Program-made: the position numbers and the translations under genes | The notes under the pieces: generated by a model | What the model was told of the DNA's origin: nothing | The model's input: only the letters and a program-made list of their open reading frames with translations | Databases searched by the model: none | In this document: piece after piece, positions 11,860 to 24,494 of the stretch | How positions within the stretch are numbered: the first letter of the stretch is position 1 | Layout of the letters: each line of letters opens with the position of its first letter | Assembly: GCA_030704615.1 (NCBI GenBank) | Contig: CM060731.1 | Location: 83,576,001 to 83,640,000 of the forward strand | DNA: 64,000 nt | Source of the DNA: Takakia lepidozioides | Taxonomy: Eukaryota; Plantae; Bryophyta | Direction: 5' to 3'

Positions 11860-13725
11860 TGAGCTCAAACAGTGTGCGTTGACGCACACTGTTTGAGGTG
11901 CAAGGTAAGTGTTCATTGAACCGTAAGTATTGAAAGAACAATGTTTGAGCTGCCAGATAAGTGTTTATCGGTCCTCAGAGACATGCCCTATGTGGCCCAT
12001 TCTCAAATGAAAAAGGCAATGATAAGGGTACCTCAAACAGTGTGCACCAACGCACACTGTTTGAGCTGCCAGGATAGTGATCATTCAACCACTAATTCAA
12101 ACCCTATGTGGCCAATTTTCAGATGACAAGTGCAATGACATGGCAGCTCAAACAGTGTGCGTTGACGCACACTGTTTGAGCTGCCATGCAACTGATGATT
12201 GAACCTCCGAGACCTGCCCTGTATTGCCAAATTTCACAGGGGAAAAACAAAGACAAGGTGTGCTCAAACAGTGTGCGGCAACGCACACTGTTTGAGATGC
12301 CAGATAAGTGTTCATCTGTCCTCAGAGACATGCCCTATGTGGCCCATTCTCAAATGAAAAAGGCAATGATAAGGGTAGCTCAAACAGTGTGCGCCAACGC
12401 ACACTGTTTGAGCTGCCAGGATAGTGATGATTCAACCACTAATTCAAACCCTATGTGGCCAATTTTCAGATGACAAGTGCAATGACATGGCAGCTCAAAT
12501 AGTGTGCGTTGACGCACACTGTTTGAGCTGCCATGCAACTGATGATTGAACCTCCGAGACCGGCCCTGTATTGCCGAATTTCACAGGGGAAAAACAAAGA
12601 CAAGGTGTGCTCAAACAGTGTACGGCAACGCACACTGTTTGAGCTACCAGATAAGTGTTCATCTGTCCTCAGAGACATGCCCTATGTGGCCCATTCTCAA
12701 ATGAAAAAAGAAATGATAAGGGCACCTCAAACAGTGTGCGCCAACGCACACTGTTTGAGCTGCCAGGATAAAGATGATTCAACCACTAATTCAAACCCTA
12801 TGTGGCCAATGTTCAGATGACAAGTGCAATGACATGGCAGCTCAAACAGTGTGCGTTGATGCACACTGTTTAAGCTGCCATGCAACTGATGATTGAACCT
12901 CCGAGACCTGCCCTGTATTGCCGAATTTCACACGGGAAAAACAAAGACAAGGTGTGCTCAAACAGTGTGCGGCAACGCACACTGTTTGAGCTGCCAGATA
13001 AGTGTTCATCTGTCCTCAGAGACATGCCCTATGTGGCCCATTCTCAAATGAAAAAGGCAATGATAAGGGCACCTCAAATAGTGTGCGCCAACGTACACTG
13101 TTTGAGCTGCCAGGATAGTGATGATTCAACCACTAATTCAAACCCTATGTGGCCAATGTTCAGGTGACAAGTGCAATGACATGGCAGCTCAAACAATGTG
13201 CGTTGACGCACACTGTTTGAGCTGCCATGCAACTGATGATTGAACCTCCGAGACCGGCCCTGTATTGCCGAATTTCACAGGGGAAAAACAAAGACAAGGT
13301 ATGCTCAAACAGTGTGCGGCAACGCACACTGTTTGAGCTGCCAGATAAGTGTTCATCTGTCCTCAGAGACATGCCCTATGTGGCCCATTCTCAAATGAAA
13401 AAGGCAATGATAAGGGTACCTCAAACAATGTGCGCCAACGCACACTGTTTGAGCTGCCAGGATAGTGATGATTCAACCACTAATTCAAACCCTATGTGGC
13501 CAATGTTCAGATGACAAGTGCAATGACATGGCAGCTCAAACAGTGTGCATTGACGCACACTGTTGGAGCTGCCATGCAACTGATGATTGAACCTCCGAGA
13601 CCGGCCCTGTATTGCCGAATTTCACAGGGGAAAAACAAAGACAAGCTGTGCTCAAACAGTGTGCGGCAACGCACACTTTTTGAGATGCCAGATAAGTGTT
13701 CATCTGTCCTCAGAGACATGCCCTA
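11860..13725. repeat. Intronic tandem array, 347-bp unit (~5 copies), each unit with three copies of the 36-bp palindrome spaced 115-116 bp
   Basis: The ORF track recurs every 347 bp (12186, 12533, 12880, 13227). Hairpins at ~12146, 12262, 12378, 12493, with loops TTGA/GCAA/CCAA. Confidence 0.95.
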
Positions 13726-13810
13726 GAGGTTTGCTATTTCATGAGCATGAGCGGCATGAGCGGCATGAGCGGCATGAGCAGAGTAGTAACACAATCGGTT
13801 TTCATGAGCA
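13726..13810 (+). repeat. Terminus of element C with ATGAGCGGC tandem motifs
   Basis: GAGGTTTGCTATTTCATGAGC followed by ATGAGCGGC x3. Matches the element A terminus at 16 of 21 positions. Confidence 0.75.
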
Positions 13811-14074
13811 GAAGTACAAATTTCGAAAATAAAAAACAATAAAAAAACAATAAAAAACAATAATTTAATGCAATGTGTCAGAAAAAACAAATATATTATT
13901 CGGCCCCTTGAAGGGAAAATTGCACTTTTGACAGTTGTGCTCATGATATTTTGTCTTCCGCTCATGCCAATTCCTAGCGACATGTGCAAATATGGCGTCG
14001 AATTTCGCGGTAATAGGGTCCGTAACCTGAAAAAACGACGACGTATTTCGCGGCAATAGGTCTCTCTGGCGAAA

Positions 14075-14350
14075 AATGGTGCCGAATTCCGCGGCTATAG
14101 GTCCCCTCATGACAGGTAATTCGGCGCCATTTTTCCAGTGCATGTTCGGACTTAGCCAGTTTTCGGCCCAAAAAAGAGAAATTCGGCGCCATTTTTCCAG
14201 ACACTGGTACCAGTGCATGTTGGGACTTAGCCAGTTTTCGGCCCCAAAAAGAGAAATTCGGCGCCATTTTCCCAAACACAGGTACCAGTGCATGTTGGGA
14301 CTTAGCGAGTTTTCGGCCCCAAAAAGAGAAATTCGGCGCCATTTTTCCAG
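14075..14350. repeat. Subterminal 62-75-bp repeats with AATTCGGCGCCATTTT half-palindromes
   Basis: CG cores at 14122, 14184, 14259 and 14334. Confidence 0.85.
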
Positions 14351-14506
14351 AAATGGCCCCAGAACTGCTTCTGTTGGATCTCAGTTTGAATGGAATATTG
14401 CCTCATTCCAGGAGTTTTGGGGTGCATTTCATTACACTGCAAAAAAAAAAGTCTGATACAGCAAAATGCATTTGAAAATATCCATATGGAGGATTCCGTT
14501 TGCCCA

Positions 14507-17500
14507 TCAATGATTTCTGGAATCCCTAAGAAGGAGTTTGTGCAGCTCGTTCACGCTCAACGCCGGTGCATGAATAAAAAAGTCATCAATAGTCACGTTC
14601 ATCCTCAACCTCTTCAGGTAAATGTAATACAGATGCTTGCACGGATAATACTTCGAACCCTTCTTTGCTTCCATCAACGAGAAGTCCGTACAGTTGCAAG
14701 TCGGCTCCACTCCAATCGTAATTGTGTATACATCGTCGCGTACAGCCGAGCCGGCCGTTGCCATCCGATACACACGCCCAAGGCCGGGTGGGGGTACGTC
14801 CACGGAGCTCTGAATAGTGCAAGCCATCCCAAGAGCATTGGCAATCCGAGTCTCATTCAACTTGTTGGGAGGGTGTCGTCTCTTCACTCTTCCGAATCGC
14901 ATTGTGGGATGTGCAGAATTGTCCAATCCGTCTCTACTGGACCGAGCAGTATGCAATGGCTGGGTCTGAGGAACCGGAAATGCGTGGGCCGGGATGTCTG
15001 TGCGTTGCACCATTCGAAATCCTGCTGCAGATAGAGCATCCGCCTCATTCTGAGAGAGGCTGCAACCCGGTTTGCAACAGGCCAGACGCCCGGAGGCTCC
15101 GGCATTCCCTGAATCCCGTACTTGGGCTTGCCAAATACACAGGTCATTATGTCGTGCCTACAGAACCAAAATGTCTGCGTTGTGGCGTGAGCAAATGTGG
15201 GAGTCAAAAATCTGCCGCTGAAACAAGGTGCAGGTACAGCACCGTGTGGGTTCCTCCGAATCATCTCACCACAGCGTGCTCTCGTATCCACCCGGATGGC
15301 GCAACACTTCCCTCGAAATGCCGGCAATGTCCTCGCAATTCTCCACTGTGACTCCGACACTCTTGTCTCCACAATGGGAATGTTGTATTGCTTTACTACA
15401 GATGGCTCGTTATGTTGCCGGGGCACGCGCCCTGTGCTCAAAAGGAGATGGCGATCTTGAACGTGCAGGACTTCCGGTGCTCGACGAGACCTCCTCGGAC
15501 AACATCACCGGACCACGAGGGAGCGTGCGAATATTCTTGTCAGCTCGCCATGAATCCTCTTCTCCGCCAGGTGCCTCGTCAAGTCTTCGTCTCACTGGAC
15601 GGGTATGAACATCTCCTTCCAAATGTTGGCCTCTTCGCAGCAATGGCGTGTCCCGAAGGCCCTCTCGCAAGGCCGCCGCCCACTTCCGAGGATTCTTCGA
15701 TCTGGAGGCAGTCCGCATCAGCATTTCCTGCCTGTCCGGCCCCAAGCCCCACTGTTTCCCTTTCAAGAACTCGTTGTACCTGCATTGCTGCATAATTGAC
15801 CTCACAATGTCCTCCGTTGTGGCAGTGAGGATGTCCACCAGATGCGCCGCAGAGGAGGCACGCCAGGAAGAGTGCACTGATTCGGCCATGTTTGTCGTGG
15901 GCATGTCGGGGTGTCGGAGTCGAGACACATTTCCTGCACAAGCACATGTTGAGGTTACAAGCAAGTTACAAATATGGCCAAGAATAATATCCAACGGGAC
16001 GCGAATTCGTGCAACTCACCTCCCGCATATAGTCGCCGAACTGGAGGAAACGATAATGCCACCATGCTAGCCAACTGACCATTGCTCCTTCGTCTGATTT
16101 CCTTACAGCACCTGACGATGTCCACCAAGCCCGTATGCATGCAAACTGTGTCTCTGCATCATCCAAGGTGGGAGCGCGCTTCCACGCAAGGCACATGGAA
16201 CGGTGCTCCTCTCTGTGAAATCTGGCGCCACGAGCCTGGTTGTGTACTGCGAAAGGCTCTGCAGAAAGTGGAACCCACAAGATCTCTCCTTGCCTTCCAT
16301 GGGAACATTGGGGTCTTGCCCGTACACCCTTCGGATGGCAGCCCAATTTGCTTGTGCGTTGTCCGCCATGAAACCACGGAAATTGGGAGGGGGCAATCCC
16401 GCCTTGGCCATCTGTTCGTTTATTCCCTGCCAAAGAAGCATCTCCGATTGTGTGTCCTCTCCTTTCATCTCACAAATAGCAATTGTCATTAGCATCCTGC
16501 AGTGGGTGTCGTAGACATGTGCACCCATTGTCACCCACTGGTGATTTGTAATTCGCTTGATATGGTCGAACATGACCCAACTGTTTGACAAGTTCCCACT
16601 CGTCATCCTGTCGACCAGTTCGACGCCACTGCCAGGTCCACACGTGGACATTTTGAATACGAAACAACGATCTGCCTCAGTCCCTTGTCCTGGAAACCTA
16701 CTTCCATGAATGTAGTCATATCCACATCGTCGCTTCACCTCCAGAATGGAGTGTGCATATCCGAGCCACGCCCAATTTTCTGTTTGCAAGAGACAATGTG
16801 GTTTCGGACATTCGGTGAACATACGTGGGACACCGACTCGAGCAATGCCTCCATTTCCTTCTCGTCGAGAGGAACTCTATCCGAGCCGTCTTCCGACATA
16901 ATTCTGGCCAATGCCATCTTATGGGCGGCTTGGAGCTGTATCTGTTTGGGGTTTGGCACCCGGTCTCAACTTAACCTCCTCCTGAACGAGCTGCTCTGCT
17001 TCGTGGGCAGCCTCCCGCGAGTTCCCCCTCGCCAATTTGTGACAATGGGAACCAACGTGTATGCAAGCTCGGGTGAGGTCAGGGAAACGGTGCAACACAT
17101 AGAACTGCTTGGCATTACAAACAGACATGCAGTGTGGTGGTTCTTTGCAATGCGCACACTAAATGTGGAGTTCGGAACCTTCTCCTGAGCTCGAAATGGT
17201 TGGTGAGCTGTGCCTGTCCAATCGGTCTCGTTCCTGTGACCTCTGGATTTAAAGTGGAAGCAAGTTGGGGAGAAACACCGCAACGCGCCCGCACAAACAA
17301 CGTAGCGCACCCGCACACCATCAAGCATCTTCATGCTGGTGGTTTGGTAACGCACCAAGGATGACCGTCATGTTTTCTATCCATATCTGTCAACATTCCG
17401 GACGCCCTCGAGTAGTCCGCCCGAGGAGGGAACTCAAAGAAGACATTACCGTCGACGTCGGCGGGAAGGCATGTAACGATTTAATTGCGAACTTGCTGTA

Positions 17501-18130
17501 GTCCAGCCCGGCCAGCTCCGACCGGTGTCCCTCCAGGTGTGAAGCCCTCGCAGAATTTCTAGAATAGATCGAACTGCGGTGCTCGTGCTGGGGAATATGA
17601 CTCCCTCCTCCACTGACGTCCATTGAGGACTTGCCTGATCTCCAGGACGACCTCGGAACTTCCATGACCTCGTCTGAGTCGGACAGGTTGTGAACAACCC
17701 GGTTTCTCGGTCGTCTTCATGGATGGGTTCGCTCTGGATTTACTTCGTTGCGGACTTCTCTCTTTGAGGTACCCACTCTCTGATTCGCGGATTGTTTCGT
17801 GGAAGGCGCCAGGATAGACGGCTGCATTTGGCGGGCAAATGAAGTCCCCAACAGCCCTGTATATGACGCTGTCCGATGGTGGAACTCGCCATTCCCTGCC
17901 ATCGCCGAAATCATCGTGGAGCACAACAATACTCTCGACAACAAGGCCGTTTGAGTCCTTCCTTTCCTCCTCCAAAAAAAACCGACCCCGGTTTCAGGTG
18001 GTATCGAACGCACAGATATTTCTCCATCACCCGGCAGGTGTCCCCTCTGCACGGAAATGAAGCTCTATGCTCGTGAGGAGGGCAGTACACTGTGTAGCGC
18101 TCGGGTTTTCCGCCATGGGAGATGTGCACA
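14507..18130 (-). pseudogene. Mutator-like DDE transposase of element C (GCM-like Zn domain, MULE core, Cys4 domain, SWIM); many frameshifts
   Basis: WVMFDHIKR (D1), FMADNAQANW (D2), CGFH (CxxH), TTNMAESVH (E), CNCTDF..PCKHLYY (SWIM). Collinear with 58884-62399. The start is approximate. Confidence 0.85.
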
Positions 18131-18419
18131 CAAGACTGCCAGGATGGCGTGCGGGAAGCTCCCTGGTAGAAGGGGGTGCAGCGATGGGAATGAATGCGAT
18201 GCCGATTTGTCCGAGCGACGAAGCCTGATCCAAATCCAGGGAGCCAACTATCTCAAAAATCCACAGTCAGAGTGTTAATGAACCTTGTCTCCGGAATGCG
18301 GCCCCTCGTCTTTGCGCAATAACTGCCAACGGTATGCAGTCAGAAAGTGGGGGCCGTCCGGATGATTGACGCTGAAGGGGATAAGCCGGCACCGTGCCGT
18401 CACATTACTACCCTCGAAT

Positions 18420-20975
18420 GGAAATTCGGCACCCAACATCCAACAGAGGAAGCCCGATGAAGTCGCCTCGGGCGCAGAGCCCGGAGTGTGTGCGACAGAT
18501 AACATCTTCTGGATGGAGATTCGGCGCCGAATTTCCATCCGGTCCCCCAAAGGGAGTCGTGTCGGGGGGTCAGGCCGAAAACTGGGACGGCCTAATAAAA
18601 AACATCCCAGATGGAAAAAAAAACGGCGCCGAATTTCCATCCGGGGCGATCGGATGCAGTCGGGGAGGGGGGAGTGGCCTGCAGTGGCTGTCACATTTCA
18701 ACCCCCGGACGGAAATTCGGGCACAAAGAATATCGAACAGGGGACGCCCCCGGATGAAGTCGCCTGGGGCAGAGGCCGGCCAGTGGGCGACAGAGAACAT
18801 CCCTGGACGGCCATTCGGCGCCGAATTTCCTCGGCCCCCCCGGCCCCAAAGGAAGTGTTGTCGGGCGGCGTGTCAGAGCGAAAAAACGGGCCGACATTAA
18901 AAAACCTCCACAGATGAGAGGAAAAACGGCGCCGAATTTCAATTCGGGGCCGTTCCAATGAAGTCGGGGAGGGGGGAGAGGTCGGAACCTGGCAGTCATA
19001 TTTCAACCCCCGGGACGGAAATTCGGCACCGAATTTCCAACAGAGCTGGGGGGAGAGGCGGCACCTCTCCGACAGAGACCATCCCCCGGATGGGAGATTC
19101 GGCGCCGAAATTTCCATCCAGCAGGTAGTGTGGAATCTCGGATGGATGGAGATTCGGCGCCGAATTTCCATCCAGCAGGTAAGTCGGATCGGTGTGCCAT
19201 ATGGATATTCGGCGCCGAATTTCCATCCTGCAGGTAATTCGAATCGTGGATGAATGGAAATTCGGCGCCGAATTTCCATCCAGCCAGGTAAGTCGGATCG
19301 GTGCCATATGGATATTCGGCCGCGAATTTCCATCCTGCAGGTAATTCGAATCGTGGATGAATGGAAATTCGGCGCGCAGAATTTCCATCCAGCAGGTAAG
19401 TCGGATCGGGGGTGCCATATGGATATTCGGGGCGCGAATTAATCCTGACAGGTAATTCGAATCGTGGATGAATGAAATTCGGCGCAGAATTTCCATCCAG
19501 CAGGTAGTGGAGGATCGGTGCAATTATGGATATTCGGCGCCGAAGTTCCATCCTGCAGGTAATTCGAATCGTGATGATGGAAATTCGGCGCCCGAATTCC
19601 ATCCAGCAGGTAAGTCGGATCGGTTTGCCATATGGATATTCGGCGCGAATTTCCATCCTGCAGGTAATTCGAATCATGGATGAAGGAAATTCGGCGCCGA
19701 AAATTTCCATCCAGCAGGGTAAGTAGGATCGGTGCCATATGGATATTCGGCGCCGAATTTTCCATCCTGCAGTAATCGAATCCTGGAATGAATGGAAATT
19801 CGGGCGCCGAATTTCAATCAGCAGTAAGTCGGATCGGGCCATCATTATGGATATGCGCGACGAATTTCCCTCCGCAGGTAATGCGAATCATGGATGCATG
19901 GAAATTCGGCGCGAATTTCCCATACAGCAGGTAAGTACGGAGCGGTTGCCATTATGGAAATATTCGGCGCCGGAATTTCCATCCTGCAGGTTTTTTTTTT
20001 TTTAATTTTTCGAATCATGGATGAATGGAAATTCGGCGCCGAATTCCATCACAGCAGGTAAGTCGGATCTGGTTGCCAATATGGGATATTCGGCGCAGAA
20101 TTTCCATCCTGCAGGTAATTCGATCGTGGATGAATGGAAAATTCGGAGCGAATAATTTCCATTCCAGCAGGTAAGTCGGGATCGGTGAATATGGATATTC
20201 GGCGCAGAATTTCCATCATGCAGGTGGATAATTCGAATCGTGGATGAATGGAAATTCGGAGCCGAAATTCCATCCAGCAGGTAAGTCGGATCAGTGCCGT
20301 ATGGAATTCGGCGCCGGATTTCCACTCGCCATGGATTTGCGCGTAGGGGAATTAGGAATACCTTCGTGCAGGTAATTCCCCATATAGGAATTACCTTCGT
20401 GCAGTAAGTCGCATACAAGAATTACCTTTGTGCAGGTAATTTCCAGATGACAATTACCTTCCTGCAGGTTAATTCCAAGCGATTGTTTCTTCTCGTCCAG
20501 GAATTACCTGCACAAAGGTAATTCTCATCTGGAATTACCTGCATGAAGGTAATTCTATATGGGAATGCCTGCAAGGAGGTAATTCCTTCGCTCAGAAATA
20601 AATGGCGAATCGAAATTCGGCGCCGAATATCCATATGGCACCGATCGACTTACCTTGAGGGGGACATGGGGGCCAAATTCGGCGCAGAAGTACCTGCTTG
20701 AAGGAAATTGGCGAACGCGCCCATACACTGAAGCGGATGGAAATTCGGCGCCGCGGGATTCAATCCGCGCGCATCCGAATTACTGCTTGAAGGAAAATTG
20801 GCGCACCGCCCACCTAAGGGATGGAAATTCGGAGCCGGATTTCCATCCGCCGAGAATCCGAATTAACTGCGCGGATGGAATTCGCGCCGGATGTTTCTCC
20901 ATCCGCGCCGCATCCGCAATTACTGCGCGGATGGAATTCGGCGCCGGATTTCAATCCGCGCGCATCCGAAACCCC
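18420..20975. repeat. Palindrome array of element C: GGAAATTCG-GCGC-CGAATTTCC, ~53-55-bp spacing in a ~107-bp dimer unit
   Basis: CG cores at 19100, 19155, 19210, 19263, 19317 and onward, with dispersed copies from 18427. Becomes indel-rich toward the gap. Confidence 0.9.
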
Positions 20976-21475
20976 NNNNNNNNNNNNNNNNNNNNNNNNN
21001 NNNNNNNNNNNNNNNNNNNNNNNNNNNNNNNNNNNNNNNNNNNNNNNNNNNNNNNNNNNNNNNNNNNNNNNNNNNNNNNNNNNNNNNNNNNNNNNNNNNN
21101 NNNNNNNNNNNNNNNNNNNNNNNNNNNNNNNNNNNNNNNNNNNNNNNNNNNNNNNNNNNNNNNNNNNNNNNNNNNNNNNNNNNNNNNNNNNNNNNNNNNN
21201 NNNNNNNNNNNNNNNNNNNNNNNNNNNNNNNNNNNNNNNNNNNNNNNNNNNNNNNNNNNNNNNNNNNNNNNNNNNNNNNNNNNNNNNNNNNNNNNNNNNN
21301 NNNNNNNNNNNNNNNNNNNNNNNNNNNNNNNNNNNNNNNNNNNNNNNNNNNNNNNNNNNNNNNNNNNNNNNNNNNNNNNNNNNNNNNNNNNNNNNNNNNN
21401 NNNNNNNNNNNNNNNNNNNNNNNNNNNNNNNNNNNNNNNNNNNNNNNNNNNNNNNNNNNNNNNNNNNNNNNNNNN
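20976..21475. other. Assembly gap (500 N)
   Basis: Run of N. Confidence 1.
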
Positions 21476-22052
21476 AACAACACCAGTGAAGGGAACATGT
21501 TAGTTCACATACGACGGTTAGAGAGGGAAACGGTTAGAACCGCGGATAGGAGGATAAAGGGAAGAACGGGGAATAGGAAGGGATGAGGATCATTATTCGG
21601 GGAGGACTTCGGAGACAGGCGGGAGCGGAGATCGGAGAGCACGATGAAGGAGAAAGAGGATTAGTAGATGCTTGTCATATGCAAAGCTAGAGTGATATTG
21701 TAGAGCAGATTAGAGACATAATGGATTCGGCCTGATACCTGATAAATCATAATCTGATACTTATACGATACAATCACACTGTGTAGAGAGATCTGAGTGA
21801 AGCTGTGGATTGAATGGAGGAGTTAAGGAAACCGATAAATTGATGAAGCAAACTGATACTTAATTATCAATGGTAAGGTAGCTAAGATGAATGCGGAAAA
21901 GGAAACAAATAGGAAACACCCCCATGATACACTAGCTGTAGGTCATGACTGATTGTTCTGCGCGGGCTGAGTACTTAGAGATTTCCAACTCTTCTATCTT
22001 GGAGTTTCCGCCTCGGATAGCGAAGGGATGGGTGAGTAAAAGCCGCGCGACA
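21476..22052. mobile_element. Probable LTR fragment inserted into the neighbouring gypsy integrase
   Basis: Ends in CGCGACA, the same terminal motif as the LTRs at 40347-47185, exactly where integrase homology (LDFVGPLPLT) stops. Confidence 0.5.
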
Positions 22053-24067
22053 CATAGTCAGTGGCAACGGTCCTACGAAGTCAAGACTCCACCTGTAGCC
22101 CAATCCCATGATTGGTAAAGGATGCAACTGTGGTGTAGGGGCGTTGAATGAAGCACGCACCCTGTCACACACCATGCACCTAGCCACGAACTGTTGCACC
22201 TCTGTATGCATACCACGCCACCAATACTGCCCCTGCAGTAAACTGTGAATGCGTCGCACTCCAAAATGTCCCAACTCCTCATGGGCATGCCGCACTAACC
22301 GTGCATGCTGTGTGGGGTGAGGCACAATCCTCACCCGACCATCCTCCCACACTCAAAGTAGGTGTATCCCCTCCCACTTGAACCTCTTGGCTCGTTGCAG
22401 GATCCGATCCCTCTCTCTGGCAGTCACAGTGGCTGCCGTGTCTCCCGTGTGGAGGTAGTCCAACACAGCCGAATCCTCATGTATATCTCTGGCACCACCT
22501 GGCTTATCACTAGCCTCAGGGTCCTCAGACACTCCATCTACAGTCATCCCTGTTGTAGGTCCAACCTGACCTCCCGATGCCAAGATACACAGAAATGCAG
22601 ATGCGTGCCATCCCGGCACCATCTCCTCGTCCGTCTCACCATGCCACCGAGCTCCAGTGTCATCATGCTGGCTCGTGCATGGATTGCGACTCAATCCATC
22701 CGCATCCCGATTGACCAAACCCGGTCGATGCACAACCTGAAAGTCATATTCTTGGAGTATGAGTGCCCACCGTGCAAGCTTCCCCGTAAGCTTGTCTGAC
22801 TCCATCAACCACTTGAGTGGCTGGTGATCCGTGACAAGGGTGAAAAGATTGTCGTATAGATAGCACCTGAAGTGTGCCACGGCCTACACTGCAGCTAAGC
22901 ACTCTCCCTCATATGAGCTGTACTTAGCCTCTGCAGCGTTGTTCGAGCGGCTAGCATAAGCCACTACGAACTCTCTTCCCTCATCATCCACCTGTGTGAG
23001 CACCGCTCCCAGCCCCAGCACGCTCCAAGCCCCAGCATGCTCCAATCCGTATGCAGCTGAAAGGGACGCCCCCTCATAGGCCGTCTCAGGATAGGCGCCG
23101 AGGTCAACCTCGCCTTGAGCTCTTGAAAAGCTTGTTCCTGCTCATCTTCCCACTGCCACTCCTAGTCCACCTTGGTCAGCTTAGTTAGAGCCTTTGCAAT
23201 GGCACTAAATCCCTTGACAAACCGTCTATAATAGTTTGTCAACCCCATGAAAGCTTGAACTCGGCTCACATCCGTGGGGCGTGGAATTTGTGCAATGGCC
23301 TCTACCTTAGTCTGCTGTATCCCCAATCCTCCAGGATATATCATGTGACCCAGATACTCAATCTGGTTGTGGAAAAACTTGCACTTCCCCGGATGCAACT
23401 TCAATCCGTGCGCTCTCAAGCGCTCCAATACCACCTGAAGGTGTCTCTCATGCTCCTCCACGGTAATACTAAAGATGATGATGTCATCTATGTAGCACCG
23501 AGCAAAGTCCACCCCTGCTAGAATCCTATCCATGACTCTCTGAAACTCTGCAGGAGCATTCTTAAGCCCAAATGGTAAGAACCGCCACTGATATAGGCAA
23601 TCCTTGCGGTGCTCATTGATCCCCCAGAATGTCGTCTTCTGCTTATCCGCCTCCTTGATTGGCAACTGGTGATATCCGGATCGTAAATCCAAAGTGCTAA
23701 AGACCTTAGCATGCCTGATAGCATCAAAGATCTCCTCTGGTGTTGGCATGGCATACTTATCGGACTTGGTCTGACAATTTACAGGCCGGTAATCACCGCA
23801 CATACGTCTCTCCGTCCAATTGCCATAGACATCCTTCTTGGCTGGCATCACTGTGGCTGAAGCATACTCTCCACCAGAGAGCTCCACCAAACCTGCCTCC
23901 CAGAGATCTTGAGTCCTCATCTGAATCAAAGACCTCTCCATGTCACTGTATCTATAGGGTCTCCGAAAGATTGGCGTGTCAGTGGCCAACTCAACACGGA
24001 TCTCTTGACCCTTCAGTGCTCCCAAGTCCTTCAAACTGAAGGCAAAGCAATTCCTGTAAGCCCTCAT
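22053..24067 (-). pseudogene. pol: pol: reverse transcriptase, RNase H and N-terminal integrase
   Basis: [29 protein letters not shown]; TDHQPLKWL, ADGLSR; HEELGHFG..CMVC (HHCC). Contains stops and frameshifts. Confidence 0.92.
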
Positions 24068-24494
24068 GAACCGCCGTATACGTCGTCTCTCTCCTCCGGT
24101 GACAATGGGTCCAATGTCAGGCTCCCAATTGTCCTCTGTAACTGCAACCTTAAGTCCAGTGGGCTTAGAGGTAGAGGACGCGTCCAGTGGTTGCTATGTT
24201 GCAACCTCTTGAGCAATACTCCCTACCTGCTCAGTCAGTGACAAGGCCTCATCCTGCCCCATCATCTCATCCCCAAGGACTTCCTCCACCAGAGAAAAAT
24301 CCCCAACCTCATCTATCACTGCCACCTTGGCTGCCAACTCCCTCTGAACCTCGAGCACCTCCCACGTGTGCCATGGATGCTGCACCCCGTGGTCCTCACA
24401 TGCTCGCCCCCACTCACTGCCTGTACCATCTCGGTAGGCAGAGAGACCATCGAGGGAAGTGTACTCCGCACTCTGCGTTGTTCAGCCATAGCCA

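Larger units (their letters stand above)
7994..13725. mobile_element. MULE-like element B, internal fragment; same subfamily as A, opposite orientation
   Basis: Close paralogue of the element A gene with the same 36-bp palindrome. It is cut at 7994 by the end of A and at 13725 by the end of C. Confidence 0.75.
13726..20975. mobile_element. MULE-like element C, partial; runs into the assembly gap
   Basis: Terminus GAGGTTTGCTATTTCATGAGC begins exactly where the 347-bp array breaks. Contains a transposase and the GGAAATTCG-GCGC-CGAATTTCC array. Confidence 0.75.

Noticed and set aside
250-13725. CRISPR-like look: 36-bp palindromic repeats separated by ~80-bp spacers
   Set aside because: The spacers are themselves repeated (one type in A, three cycling types in B), the arrays lie in spliceosomal introns, and there are no cas genes.
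8054-18130. Gene copy 2 and transposase C as one tandem two-gene element
   Set aside because: A terminus motif at 13726 cuts the array mid-unit, the palindromes differ on the two sides, and complete element E has divergent genes.
14507-20975. Frameshift density as programmed recoding or true decay
   Set aside because: Indels increase toward the contig end and often fall in homopolymers, so sequencing error cannot be excluded.
20655-21586. Long ORFs in the track
   Set aside because: Artefacts of reading through the N gap.
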